From: a virus | DNA length: 64,000 nucleotides | IMG/VR virus record: IMGVR_UViG_3300008267_000011 | Span: 1 to 64,000 of that record | Reading direction: 5' to 3' (one strand) | Shown: positions 1 to 9,741 of the stretch, one piece after another | How positions within the stretch are numbered: the first letter of the stretch is position 1 | Layout: every line of letters starts with the position of its first letter | Program-made: the position numbers and the translations under genes | The notes under the pieces: model-generated | Database searches by the model: none | Told to the model about the DNA's origin: nothing | Seen by the model: the letters and a program-made list of their open reading frames with translations, nothing else

Positions 1-90
1 CTCGCGTTCAAGACACAAAGAAGCAGAAGGAGCGACGTAGGAGCGGTAAGAAAAATAATTGGAATTTAGACAACGATTAGTAATTGCCTG

Positions 91-119
91 TTGACTTTAT
101 GGATTTTTAGGTATAACTT
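91..119 (+). promoter_or_regulatory. Putative host-sigma (early) promoter
   Basis: TTGACT at 91-96, then TATAAC (112-117) or TAACTT (114-119), followed by an A/T-rich leader before ATG 158. Confidence 0.45.
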
Positions 120-157
120 CAATATATAATAATAAATAATAAATAAGAAAAAGAAAA

Positions 158-325
158 ATGGTTACTATAGCAATAAGTACAATAGCAATATTAGCAATTG
201 GATTTGTATACATAAAGGCAAAGTTTGAAATAAACGAGTTGCATACGAAAGTACGAGATCTCGAGGTAAAAAATAGCTTATCAACTAAGTACTACGAAGC
301 GGAGCTAGCTAAAAAGAAAAAGTAG
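158..325 (+). CDS. Small membrane-anchored protein, 55 aa (not in ORF track)
   Basis: Hand translation MVTIAISTIAILAIGFVYIK...AKKKK*; hydrophobic N-terminus; ends 3 nt before the next ATG. Confidence 0.7.
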   Translation: MVTIAISTIAILAIGFVYIKAKFEINELHTKVRDLEVKNSLSTKYYEAELAKKKK

Positions 326-328
326 AAA

Positions 329-745
329 ATGAGTTGCTTTACAACATTAGTCGCTAACCAATTCTTAGCCAACGCACACTCTGAGATGATTGATGCTCGA
401 GCAAGAATTGTCTCTGAGATAGCCACCGATCCTGCTAATAACACATTCGTGTTTGATCGCAATCAAAGGCAGGAAGTGTACTACGTAGTAGGCAATATGT
501 ATGGCTTCTTCGATCAGCTATATAATATACAGTTCGAGGACAATAGGATTTATTACCTCACCTACGATTGCTACATGATGGTAGTATCTCGCAAAAAGCC
601 ACTAATCGATAATGCGATCTCCTCAGCGCATAATGTTAATGGAGATATACCTTATTATCGCACTAAGCATAAGTTTGGTGGTAAGTTAGTCCATAGCGTA
701 CTATTTAATACAAACTTCACAATACCCCCAGTAACATTAAACTAA
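329..745 (+). CDS. Hypothetical protein
   Basis: 138 aa ORF tightly packed with neighbours; no motif recognised. Confidence 0.7.
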   Translation: MSCFTTLVANQFLANAHSEMIDARARIVSEIATDPANNTFVFDRNQRQEVYYVVGNMYGFFDQLYNIQFEDNRIYYLTYDCYMMVVSRKKPLIDNAISSAHNVNGDIPYYRTKHKFGGKLVHSVLFNTNFTIPPVTLN

Positions 746-746
746 C

Positions 747-926
747 ATGAGAAACAAGCAAGTTATAGAGAAGGCAGCTACAGAAGCTGAGAACAATCTA
801 CTGAACCTTTATAGAGATATTGATAGCGGAAAACCGCATATGACAATCGATTACATCAAGCAGCAGTTGGCGTATGTAATCCATCGAACCGAAACCATTC
901 GTCACTACCTAGACTTAGAAGATTAA
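747..926 (+). CDS. Hypothetical protein, 59 aa (not in ORF track)
   Basis: Hand translation MRNKQVIEKAATEAENNLL...YLDLED*; fills the 745-931 gap. Confidence 0.7.
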   Translation: MRNKQVIEKAATEAENNLLNLYRDIDSGKPHMTIDYIKQQLAYVIHRTETIRHYLDLED

Positions 927-930
927 GGTT

Positions 931-1344
931 ATGTGTATAGTTGAGTGTCAAAACTGCGGAGCTCTACAACCAAATGTCCCAGCAGGAACAAAAATAAAAA
1001 TGTGTTTTGATTGTGTACGTGAAGAGATTCACACCAAGATAGATTCACCAACACATACCCAGAGACGTGCTGGTTACCCTAAGGGTTGGAAATTCATGAA
1101 AGTTTTTGTATATTCAGATGGTACAGTTTACCACAAAGGCATTGAACAGCCTGAGTTGAAAGGTACATTAGAACCAACTCCATTAGTAGTTAAGGAGAGA
1201 AAAACCAAAGCTCAAAAAGCTAGAGAAAAGCAAGAGGTATTGGTACAACTCCAAAAACTAAAAGTGGAATTGAAAAAACAAACAAGAAAGACGGAGATCA
1301 AAAAGATTGAGTCTAAAATTAAAAAGTTACAAAAACAACTATGA
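931..1344 (+). CDS. Zn-ribbon protein with basic coiled-coil tail
   Basis: CQNC...CFDC pair; Lys-rich helical C-terminus. Confidence 0.7.
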   Translation: MCIVECQNCGALQPNVPAGTKIKMCFDCVREEIHTKIDSPTHTQRRAGYPKGWKFMKVFVYSDGTVYHKGIEQPELKGTLEPTPLVVKERKTKAQKAREKQEVLVQLQKLKVELKKQTRKTEIKKIESKIKKLQKQL

Positions 1345-2102
1345 AGAATCTAACAGCTGAACAACTACAAGAGAACTTTCTCAAGCTAGTTGGTTACATC
1401 GATGTCTACATTCCTGGAGAGAGGGGTGAGAATTTAAAAATGCTTTACAATGATCATGCTGAACGTATTATGCTCATGCCTGCAAGTGGTAATGAGAATT
1501 ATCACAACTGCTTTATTGGTGGTTACGTTGATCACGTTATCCGTGTTATTGACAGTGCCTTGGAAGTTGCTAAAGTGTGGAAAGCGTTTGGTGCTACGGA
1601 GAGTTTCACGACGGAAGAGTTGGTGTTTGCTGCTCTAAACCACGACTTAGGCAAGATCGGCACTGAGGAATCTGAAATGTACATACACAATGATTCTGAG
1701 TGGCATAGAAAGAACCAAGGTAAGATTTACAAAATGAATCCTGCTAACGCTTTTATGACAGTACCAGACCGCAGCTTACGTCTGCTAGCTGAAAGAGGTA
1801 TTCCTGTATCTGAGAACGAGTGGTTTGGAATTAAGTTGCATGATGGAATGTATGATGAGAGCAACAAGCACTACTACATTAGCCATGATCCAAATTCTCG
1901 TTTACGTACAAACCTACCGTACATTCTACACCAAGCTGATCAGTTGGCTGCTCGTGTCGAGTATGAGATGTGGGTAGCTGCCCAATCACCTTTTACAGCG
2001 ACAACTATCAAGCATAAAAAAGCTAACGTAGAAACAACAACAGCTTTGTCTGATGACCAAAAAGAGGACTTAATGGCTGCATTTAATAACCTATTCAAAT
2101 GA
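1341..2102 (+). CDS. HD-domain phosphohydrolase
   Basis: GGYVDH, AALNHDLGK, LHDG and LHQAD motifs. Confidence 0.85.
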   Translation: MKNLTAEQLQENFLKLVGYIDVYIPGERGENLKMLYNDHAERIMLMPASGNENYHNCFIGGYVDHVIRVIDSALEVAKVWKAFGATESFTTEELVFAALNHDLGKIGTEESEMYIHNDSEWHRKNQGKIYKMNPANAFMTVPDRSLRLLAERGIPVSENEWFGIKLHDGMYDESNKHYYISHDPNSRLRTNLPYILHQADQLAARVEYEMWVAAQSPFTATTIKHKKANVETTTALSDDQKEDLMAAFNNLFK

Positions 2103-2404
2103 TTTTAACAATAGTCATATTGTCGATCCTACTAGCGGCTGCCTCCTATCTTGCGTTTGCAAACTATAGGAAATATACTAAAGCCGTTGAGTATGCTGAA
2201 AACGGCTTCTTTATCTATAACACTTTCATCGCAAACCTTTACGCTAAGTTTAAGGATGCGCATACTAATATGAAAACCATAGATCATAGAGGATCCTTTA
2301 GCTCTGATGATGAGGTTGGAATGACCTTCCAAGCAATCAAAGGATGCATTGACGAGTTGGACGAATACCTATCACGCTATGTCGAAAGTGAAGAAAAAAA
2401 CTAA
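2099..2404 (+). CDS. Membrane-anchored hypothetical protein
   Basis: N-terminal hydrophobic helix; ATGA overlap with the upstream gene. Confidence 0.7.
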   Translation: MILTIVILSILLAAASYLAFANYRKYTKAVEYAENGFFIYNTFIANLYAKFKDAHTNMKTIDHRGSFSSDDEVGMTFQAIKGCIDELDEYLSRYVESEEKN

Positions 2405-3080
2405 GAATTACTACTTTACCTCAGCAGTCGATGACGCTATTAAAGTATTCAATAACACCGAAGATCAACTCACAAGAGACCTAATCTACCGCAAAGAAAT
2501 CCAACCAGCATTTGAAAAACTAGCTGAGAATATCATACACACCTTCAAGTTCTACTACACTGATGGCATTAGTTTGAAGGATTTACAACATGATGTGGTT
2601 AGTTTTTTAATTGAGAAGCTGCAGAAGTTTACATCAGACAAAGGAAAGGCATTTAGCTACTTCAGCATTGTTGCTAAAAACTACTTAATCTTAAACAACA
2701 ATAAGAATTACAAGAAGCTTACGGATAGTGAAAAACTAGAAGGGGTCAATGGTAGTACGTACGCCTTAGTAGTGGAAGAGGAGCCTACACCGATTGAGTT
2801 CTTTATACAAGAGATGGTAGACTACTTCGATGAGAATCTAGAAGAGTGTTTTCCAAAGAAGAACGATCAAGCAGTTGCTGGAGCAGTATTAGAGTTGTTC
2901 AGACGGAAAGAGTCGTTAGAGATTTTCAATAAGAAAGCGTTGTATATTTACATTCGTGAAATGACAAACGCAAACACTCAACAAGTGACGAAGGTTATTA
3001 AACTACTCAAAGAAAAGTACGTTAAGATGTTTAATGACTACGATCGATTGGGATTTATTCCACGTAATAACGTCTACTAA
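2379..3080 (+). CDS. gp55: gp55-like late-transcription sigma factor
   Basis: EKLAENII and LQKF...KAFSYFSIVAKNYLI resemble sigma region 2 of T4 gp55 homologs; start moved to ATG 2379 (MSKVKKK) from TTG 2349. Confidence 0.7.
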   Translation: MSKVKKKTKNYYFTSAVDDAIKVFNNTEDQLTRDLIYRKEIQPAFEKLAENIIHTFKFYYTDGISLKDLQHDVVSFLIEKLQKFTSDKGKAFSYFSIVAKNYLILNNNKNYKKLTDSEKLEGVNGSTYALVVEEEPTPIEFFIQEMVDYFDENLEECFPKKNDQAVAGAVLELFRRKESLEIFNKKALYIYIREMTNANTQQVTKVIKLLKEKYVKMFNDYDRLGFIPRNNVY

Positions 3081-3325
3081 TGATAGTCTACGCAAATAGG
3101 GAAGATTTAATCAATATAATAAGAGAAGAGATGTCAGCTTGGGAAGCGTTAGGACCAAACCCTAACGCTTTTGAGTTTGATCCTAAGGTAGTAGATCCAA
3201 AGCAATTGCACGAGTTAGGCTACTATGATAATATTGAGAGTTGGATTGCTGGAGCTAGATTGAATAAGCTAAGTGATTATCTGAAGCAGATTGAAAGCTT
3301 ACCGCAAGCTACAAATCTCAAATAA
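3080..3325 (+). CDS. Hypothetical protein with IIREE leader
   Basis: 81 aa; LINIIREE resembles the leaders of the putative internal head proteins. Confidence 0.6.
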   Translation: MIVYANREDLINIIREEMSAWEALGPNPNAFEFDPKVVDPKQLHELGYYDNIESWIAGARLNKLSDYLKQIESLPQATNLK

Positions 3326-3330
3326 CTCTG

Positions 3331-3337
3331 TATTTAT
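3331..3337 (+). promoter_or_regulatory. Putative late promoter TATTTAT
   Basis: Intergenic, 14 nt before ATG 3352; motif recurs before many late genes. Confidence 0.7.
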
Positions 3338-3351
3338 TGTAAAGTATAGCT

Positions 3352-3699
3352 ATGGATAAAGATAGTATTTTATTTGACGACAAGTCCTTTAGTGACTTGT
3401 TACGTGACGTATACCAAAACACAAAAAAGAAAGAAAATCAGATCAATGGTCTTATTGATCAACTTAAAGCATTGGTACGAAATGTGACTGATGCATCAAT
3501 GATGGTTCCTTTAATTAAAGAGTATCTTGAGATTTCCGTAAAGAATGATGATAACTTAGTTAGGTTAACAGCAATCATTCAGAGGTTGCTCGTTACCGGT
3601 TCAAAAGATAATAAAGAAGGTGGTGAGTTAGGATTGACTGACCAAGAGAGAGCTCAATTACTATCAGAAGCCCAAGAGATTTTGGACAAATCTAAATGA
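3352..3699 (+). CDS. Helical hypothetical protein (possible terminase small subunit)
   Basis: 115 aa all-helical pattern behind the late motif; TerS identity is only a guess. Confidence 0.5.
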   Translation: MDKDSILFDDKSFSDLLRDVYQNTKKKENQINGLIDQLKALVRNVTDASMMVPLIKEYLEISVKNDDNLVRLTAIIQRLLVTGSKDNKEGGELGLTDQERAQLLSEAQEILDKSK

Positions 3700-4688
3700 G
3701 TAGCTTATCAACAGGATTAGGTGAATTTATCAACACGACATCCCCGTCGCAGCAACCACCTACGTCCCCTACTCGCATATTTACCGCACACGTTTTAGAA
3801 GTCGTCAAGGACGAAAACTCACCTTACTACGATGAGAAACTAGGTCCTGCATGCATAGGCTCCATAAAGGTTAAGCTAATAGAAACACAGTATAATAAAT
3901 TCGAAGATCAACACTACTATAGAGCCTTTCCTTTGGATAGAGGTGATTACATGCTACCTCTTCCAGGAGAAGCAGTTGTGTGCGTAGTTGCACAAGGAAA
4001 CTACACTTCAGGCGCCGGTGGCACTTATATCGATCTTTTGTATTACGTGGGAGTGGTTTCTATGGAGCAACAGCTTACACTCAACACAGCACCGTTTTTA
4101 AGCTCCGACACCTACCACATCGATAGTGGACTAGCGTCGTTTGTAAAGCAGCTGTCTATAGATGTAGCTGTTTTTGCAAAGAGGTTTGATGGTAGGATCG
4201 ATATTGAAGGTGGTGCGTTCAAAAAAAACATAGGAGCAACAAAATCGACAGCGGGAGATACTGTGTTAGAAGGACGTTTTGGAAGCTTAATAAAGCTAAC
4301 AAGTAATTCTAAGGATAGATGGAGCACAGAACAAGTTTCAAATACTAAAGCTGGATTGCCCACAGACCCTTTTATAGTAATGAAGGCGTCGAGAAGATTT
4401 TTAGCAAACGAATCGTTTGAGGAGTTTGGATCAACCGCAATAGACGATAACCCAAATACAGACGATACTAGTGTCTATATAACAACGACGCAAAATATAC
4501 CTGCAATACTAAGTTGTTCGGAAAGATTGTCGTCTTGGAACTACGAGCAGGTACTAGGCTCGGTAGACGGTGAAGTCGATGAAGGAGCTGCTAATTTACA
4601 AACATTATACGGAGGAGGTTATGATTCAAATGCCAAAATCACCCTTAACCTAGTAGGATCGATTAACGTCAAAAAAGCAGGAACTTAA
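3696..4688 (+). CDS. gp5-like baseplate hub/spike N-terminal paralog A (no enzyme cargo)
   Basis: PLPGEAVVC and GDTVLEGRFG blocks; paralogous to the next two genes; lies upstream of gp25/gp6. Confidence 0.6.
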   Translation: MSSLSTGLGEFINTTSPSQQPPTSPTRIFTAHVLEVVKDENSPYYDEKLGPACIGSIKVKLIETQYNKFEDQHYYRAFPLDRGDYMLPLPGEAVVCVVAQGNYTSGAGGTYIDLLYYVGVVSMEQQLTLNTAPFLSSDTYHIDSGLASFVKQLSIDVAVFAKRFDGRIDIEGGAFKKNIGATKSTAGDTVLEGRFGSLIKLTSNSKDRWSTEQVSNTKAGLPTDPFIVMKASRRFLANESFEEFGSTAIDDNPNTDDTSVYITTTQNIPAILSCSERLSSWNYEQVLGSVDGEVDEGAANLQTLYGGGYDSNAKITLNLVGSINVKKAGT

Positions 4689-4699
4689 TAATTATAGCT

Positions 4700-6214
4700 A
4701 TGAGTTCGTTATTCAAGGGATTATCGGAGTTTGTCACTTCATTGCCACAATCTCCACCGACACAACTACGCAAGAATGACATATTTCCAGCGTATGTGGT
4801 TGATGTCGTATTAGACGAAATCTCAGAATATTACAATGGACCAGAGAGCTTGGGAGCTGTACGCTTTAAGCAATTGCCAAATGATACTACAAAATCAGAA
4901 AACGTCACTAATAAAATAGCCTATCCGCTAGATAGAGCTAACTTCGTGCAACCTTTAGCTGGTGAGCAAATTGTGTGCGTATTGTTATTTGACGCAGAGG
5001 CAAGGCAGCGTTACTTTTACATAACAACCGTTAGCACAGAGCAAACAGCAGCTGCTATAATATCTCCGTTTCTTGGTACCGATTTAACAATACTCAAGTC
5101 AGATGGATGGGCAACACCAGGCACTGCCGAAAAGCGATTTGATGCAAAAAATGGTTATGGAATTGAGTTTCTAAAGGCAAGAGTGTCTCAAGAAAAGCTA
5201 CGAGAGGGAGATAAGGTGCTTGAAGGTAAGTTTGGAGGGGTTATTAAGTTCACACACACAATAGGAAAGGCGGGAATATGGGATGCTCAAGATCAAATTA
5301 CCAATCTACCAACGCTATCTAATTTATTTGGAACAACAACTACTAGCGATGGTGATCCTATGTTAATTATCAAAAGTGCTTTACGATCTAGTAAATTTGA
5401 ATTTGAAGATGATGATGTAAATGTAGATGAGAGTAGTATGTATCTAACTACTACGCAAACTATTCCGTTAGAGATAAGTTGTGCTCAATTAAAGAGTTTT
5501 GAAGTTGAGCCAGAAGGCATATTGCTAAGTGCTCTAAATGATGAAGATGCTGCTAACTTGTCTAATATATTTGGTGGTGGATTTGATCCAAACGCATCGA
5601 TAATCAAACCGGAAAATGTGACACTAACAGGAACACCACAAGTGCAGTTGGTTCAAGGAGGTGGAAGTGGAGTGTTTGGAGGTGGTGCAACGGGAGAGAA
5701 CGGTAAATTACCAAATGAAGCATTAAAGTCTATTGGAATAGGTAACCATAGATTGGCTATAGAAGCAGCAGATGCGTGGATACAAATGGCTGCAGCTGCG
5801 CAAGCAGATGGAGTTACGCCAGCACTAACAGATTCTTACCGTACGTTTGAATCGCAGTACGAAATATTTGACTGGGATCTATATGTAGCTACGGGAGGAT
5901 CGTTGAGTGATACAACCCCTACCAAAAACGCAAAGAAAGCTAAAAAGGGCTCGAACGGAGAGACTGCAGCTGCATTCCCAGGTACATCGAATCACGGTTT
6001 AGGAAAAGCGGTTGATACCAAAGGAGGGGAGTTCCAAGCTTGGCTAAGAGCAAACGGTGTACGATTTGGTTGGTCATGGAAAGAGGGTAGGAGAGTTAAT
6101 GAAGCATGGCACTTCACCTACCTACCAGGCGAAACTGAAACATGGACATCGTACAGACCTGATGGAAAATACGGAGGACAAGCTCTACCGGTTTGGCCCA
6201 ATGACTTCACTTAA
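4700..6214 (+). CDS. gp5-like paralog B with C-terminal M15 (VanY-like) Zn peptidase
   Basis: Same N-domain; from ~5696 DSYRTFESQ, PGTSNHGLGKAVD (SxHxxxxAxD) and EAWH. Confidence 0.8.
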   Translation: MSSLFKGLSEFVTSLPQSPPTQLRKNDIFPAYVVDVVLDEISEYYNGPESLGAVRFKQLPNDTTKSENVTNKIAYPLDRANFVQPLAGEQIVCVLLFDAEARQRYFYITTVSTEQTAAAIISPFLGTDLTILKSDGWATPGTAEKRFDAKNGYGIEFLKARVSQEKLREGDKVLEGKFGGVIKFTHTIGKAGIWDAQDQITNLPTLSNLFGTTTTSDGDPMLIIKSALRSSKFEFEDDDVNVDESSMYLTTTQTIPLEISCAQLKSFEVEPEGILLSALNDEDAANLSNIFGGGFDPNASIIKPENVTLTGTPQVQLVQGGGSGVFGGGATGENGKLPNEALKSIGIGNHRLAIEAADAWIQMAAAAQADGVTPALTDSYRTFESQYEIFDWDLYVATGGSLSDTTPTKNAKKAKKGSNGETAAAFPGTSNHGLGKAVDTKGGEFQAWLRANGVRFGWSWKEGRRVNEAWHFTYLPGETETWTSYRPDGKYGGQALPVWPNDFT

Positions 6215-6223
6215 CAATATAAC

Positions 6224-7897
6224 ATGAGTAGCTTAAATACAGGATTAGGAGAATTTTTTGCTGGAGCCTTTGGTAGCGATGGGGTGAAAAACGAAGTATC
6301 GCATCGTCTGTTCTTTGCGCATGTTTTAGATATAGTTAATGACGAATTTAGTATATGGTACGATGGACCGGATAGTATAGGAGCAGTTAGAGCGAGGATA
6401 TTGATGACAGGCTACAACAAATACGAAGATGAGCAAGATACATTACTGTACCCACTAGACCGATCTTACATTAGAGTACCATTTCCTGGAGAGCAGGTTG
6501 TTGGCATAGTCAGCTTTGGTCCTGCAGTAGCAGGAAGATACCTAATGAGATACTATTACTGGAAGATATTAACAGTTGATCAAAATATAACATATAGTGG
6601 ACAACCGTTTACAGGCACAGACCCATATAGCATTAAACCAGGCCTAAAGATTATGGTAGATGTTTCTGCCGAAGCAAAGAGATTTGAGACTAAGTTGCCA
6701 TATGACAAAGCATTGTTAGACGACAAGGCAGTTAATCAAAAGACTAGGCAAGGTGAGCGTACGGTAGAAAGTCGTTTTGGAGCTATGATAAAGTTCACAA
6801 GCACTCCCGATAAAGTAGGCATGTGGAACAATTCACAAATAAATAATCAAATAGCTTCGAGTGTAGGAGATCCTCTTGTAATCATAGGTGCTAATCCAAA
6901 GACATCGAATACTAATGAACTAACGACTCGAGACTTGGATGTGGATTTAGGGAGTAACATATACCTAGGGTCAACACAGAACTTACCGACTAAGCTAGGA
7001 TGCTCAACAAAGCTACATAGTTGGAATGTTGACGTCAGAGCAGGTAAGCTACAAGAAGGATTAGATGAGACAACAAATCTCCAAACACTATTTGGAGGTG
7101 GATTTAATCCAGAAAACCAACTAGCAATTGCTCTAGCTGGATCAATAGGATTACCAGGACAATCAGGAGGAACGCTTAGTCCAGTTGCAGGTATAAACGA
7201 AGCACAGGCTGCAGGTATACAGGCAATTAGCTTAAAGCTAAAGGAAGCGGGATTTGGTTGGCAATCTGTTGCAGCCATCGTTTGTGTATGCGGAAAGGAG
7301 TGCGGGCTTGTACCAGTCAACGAATCAAGCTACTCAGGAACAAGCCCAGCTGGCTTAAGAAAGCTATTTGGAAAATACTTAACAAATTATACAGACGAGC
7401 AACTATTACAATTACGTACAGACGATGTTTTATTCTACGATACGATATACGGATACTTGACGCAAAGGGGTAGAGATGCTGAAAACACTTCACCTGGAGA
7501 TGGTTATAAGTATCGAGGTCGAGGATATAACCAAATAACATTCAAAAGTGCGTACAGAAAGCTATCAGACTACACCAAGACGATTTCAACAGGATATCGA
7601 GATTACGTAAGTAACCCGGACCTATTAAACGATGTGGAAAATGCAGCAATCGGAGCAGCTTGGTACTTCGACAGAGCTGTGAGCCAGCCAGCTAAGTATA
7701 GAGAATACTCTGGAGAGGCAGTTAATCCAAAGCAGGGTACTAACCTAGATGTGCTTATCCACTACTACGTAAATGCAAACGCAGGAATGGGAAATGATTG
7801 GAATAGCGACGTTGTGATAACTAACTATAACAAGGCCAAAAATTGGGAATCAGCTGTTGTTAATTTCTTCAATAGCAATCCTCAACTAATGCAATAA
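6224..7897 (+). CDS. gp5-like paralog C with C-terminal GH19 lysozyme/chitinase domain
   Basis: Same N-domain; C-terminal KEC...NE, DGYKYRGRGYNQIT, NPDLL and AAWYF. Confidence 0.8.
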   Translation: MSSLNTGLGEFFAGAFGSDGVKNEVSHRLFFAHVLDIVNDEFSIWYDGPDSIGAVRARILMTGYNKYEDEQDTLLYPLDRSYIRVPFPGEQVVGIVSFGPAVAGRYLMRYYYWKILTVDQNITYSGQPFTGTDPYSIKPGLKIMVDVSAEAKRFETKLPYDKALLDDKAVNQKTRQGERTVESRFGAMIKFTSTPDKVGMWNNSQINNQIASSVGDPLVIIGANPKTSNTNELTTRDLDVDLGSNIYLGSTQNLPTKLGCSTKLHSWNVDVRAGKLQEGLDETTNLQTLFGGGFNPENQLAIALAGSIGLPGQSGGTLSPVAGINEAQAAGIQAISLKLKEAGFGWQSVAAIVCVCGKECGLVPVNESSYSGTSPAGLRKLFGKYLTNYTDEQLLQLRTDDVLFYDTIYGYLTQRGRDAENTSPGDGYKYRGRGYNQITFKSAYRKLSDYTKTISTGYRDYVSNPDLLNDVENAAIGAAWYFDRAVSQPAKYREYSGEAVNPKQGTNLDVLIHYYVNANAGMGNDWNSDVVITNYNKAKNWESAVVNFFNSNPQLMQ

Positions 7898-7909
7898 TGA
7901 AATTACTCA

Positions 7910-7916
7910 TAGTTAT
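7910..7916 (+). promoter_or_regulatory. Late promoter variant TAGTTAT
   Basis: One mismatch to TATTTAT; intergenic, 13 nt before ATG 7930. Confidence 0.5.
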
Positions 7917-7929
7917 ATAAAAAGCAAGT

Positions 7930-8895
7930 ATGGCAGATAAAGAAAAGCTGGATGGTAACGGTAAACCAATAGGATCCCAAACACAGACGATAAACACGAG
8001 CGGACCAGCAGGAGCAACAGCCAACTTAACAGCTACTGTTGATACAGGTGAAGGAGCAGCTGCAGGTCAAGGAATAGGAGAAAAGATAGTTCTCGAAGAT
8101 AAGGTATATACGTTGCAACTACAAAACGCAGATCCCGTACCAGATAAAGGGTTTGAAGAGTTGCAAATACAAAAGGGAACTTATAGGAACGATGTAAAAG
8201 ATGGAAAGTCTTCTATTCTACTAAACTCAAGTAGGGTTGTGATTAATAGTAAAGACGACTATACAATCATAGCAGGCCAAAAGGGAGTTTCTATTTCATC
8301 ACCAAATAAAGTGAATCTAGATGCAGACCAAACAATATGCTTATATGGTGACCAAGGTTTATTTTTTGGTATTCCAAACAAAGGAATGGCTAAAGGAGTA
8401 CAACCTTCGAAGGATCCAAAGTACGCTGGTCCAAGCTACCTTAAAGAAGGCAAGAAGCTAAAATCAGTACCTGCAGACAATAATGACTATGAGCCATTGG
8501 TATTGGGATTGAGATTGGCAAACTGGCTCAATGATTTAATAATGACATTGAAAACAGCTGTCATTGTAGCTCCGATGGGAGATGCTAGTTTTCGTGAAGA
8601 TGCTCAATGGGATTTAGTGGCGTTAGAGTCTCGTATCAAAGACATGCTATCAAACTACGCTTACATCGATGGTTGGTCTCATGAAGAAGCTGGAGACGTG
8701 CCAAGTCCGCCAAAAGAAGAAGATTTAACAAGACCAAAACCAGAACTAACCGTTGATGTATCAGGCTTAACTATACAGATTCCGTCCGAGTTGTTTAATA
8801 CACAACCAACAGATCCAATGGCAACTGCAGCTGACTACTTTACAACAGCTGATGTGCAAAGCTTACCGCAACAAAACAACGAATCTAAAAACTAA
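7930..8895 (+). CDS. Putative spike C-terminal (beta-helix) half
   Basis: Short beta-strand repeats ILLNSSRVVINSKD..VSISS..VNLDA followed by EPLVLG, as in gp5/gpV-type spike ends. Confidence 0.5.
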   Translation: MADKEKLDGNGKPIGSQTQTINTSGPAGATANLTATVDTGEGAAAGQGIGEKIVLEDKVYTLQLQNADPVPDKGFEELQIQKGTYRNDVKDGKSSILLNSSRVVINSKDDYTIIAGQKGVSISSPNKVNLDADQTICLYGDQGLFFGIPNKGMAKGVQPSKDPKYAGPSYLKEGKKLKSVPADNNDYEPLVLGLRLANWLNDLIMTLKTAVIVAPMGDASFREDAQWDLVALESRIKDMLSNYAYIDGWSHEEAGDVPSPPKEEDLTRPKPELTVDVSGLTIQIPSELFNTQPTDPMATAADYFTTADVQSLPQQNNESKN

Positions 8896-9737
8896 TGGCA
8901 ACAACACTAGCAGGATATACACCAGGAACAGCAGGAGCTAATTGGTTTGTTTCAAATGAAATGAAAACGAGGTTTGATGAGATGGCAAAGGCGATAGCAA
9001 TGGCTATCCCAAGCACGTTAATCTCACTATCAGACGGCTACATATCGCGATATGAATTGATAAGGCAGCTTGCAACTAAGTATGGATACGCCGACCAAGC
9101 ACTCAAAGATAAGGTTACAAACATACCAAGTAATGGTACAGTGACACCGGAGGAGTGGAATGCTCTGGAGTCGTACTTTAATGACGACGTAAGCTACGGT
9201 AGTCAAAAACCAGCAGCATATAAGTACATTGTGCATCCGTATTTGCAAGGAAACAATTCATTTGTATCTGAGGTTCCTAATAAACCAAATAGCGATCTAC
9301 GGAGAATTGGCACATATGTTAAAATAAAAAGCGGTGGCTTTGGCGCACAGTCGCAAGGAAATTGGAACGTTGCAGAATGGATGTTAAAAAATAGCCATAG
9401 ATATGGATTCTTTTTCGTAGGGCCAATAGACAGCGATTATCTATACCAGCCTAATTGGACGTTTGGTGAAAATTTCCAAAGTCAATTAGATACGTACGGA
9501 AATCGTATATGGATTAAATGGGCTGCGGATAACTTTAGATTTGGAGGTTTTAATTTAGACATAAACAACGTTGACGATAGAATAAAGCAAGAATTGCAAC
9601 AAAACACAATGCCTACGCTAGATCAAGTTATACAAAAGCTTAATAGCGTATCCAACCCTTCAAACGAAAGCATAAAGTCCGCTGTAGATGCTGCTAAATC
9701 ATCGGCACCATGGCTATACTTAGCAGAAAAGTTTTAA
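8895..9737 (+). CDS. Degenerate M15-peptidase-like protein
   Basis: ISLSDGY, KPNSDLRRIGTYVKI and WMLKNSHRYGF align by eye with the M15 blocks of 4700-6214 but lack the His/Asp/His ligands. Confidence 0.5.
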   Translation: MATTLAGYTPGTAGANWFVSNEMKTRFDEMAKAIAMAIPSTLISLSDGYISRYELIRQLATKYGYADQALKDKVTNIPSNGTVTPEEWNALESYFNDDVSYGSQKPAAYKYIVHPYLQGNNSFVSEVPNKPNSDLRRIGTYVKIKSGGFGAQSQGNWNVAEWMLKNSHRYGFFFVGPIDSDYLYQPNWTFGENFQSQLDTYGNRIWIKWAADNFRFGGFNLDINNVDDRIKQELQQNTMPTLDQVIQKLNSVSNPSNESIKSAVDAAKSSAPWLYLAEKF

Positions 9738-9741
9738 TTAA

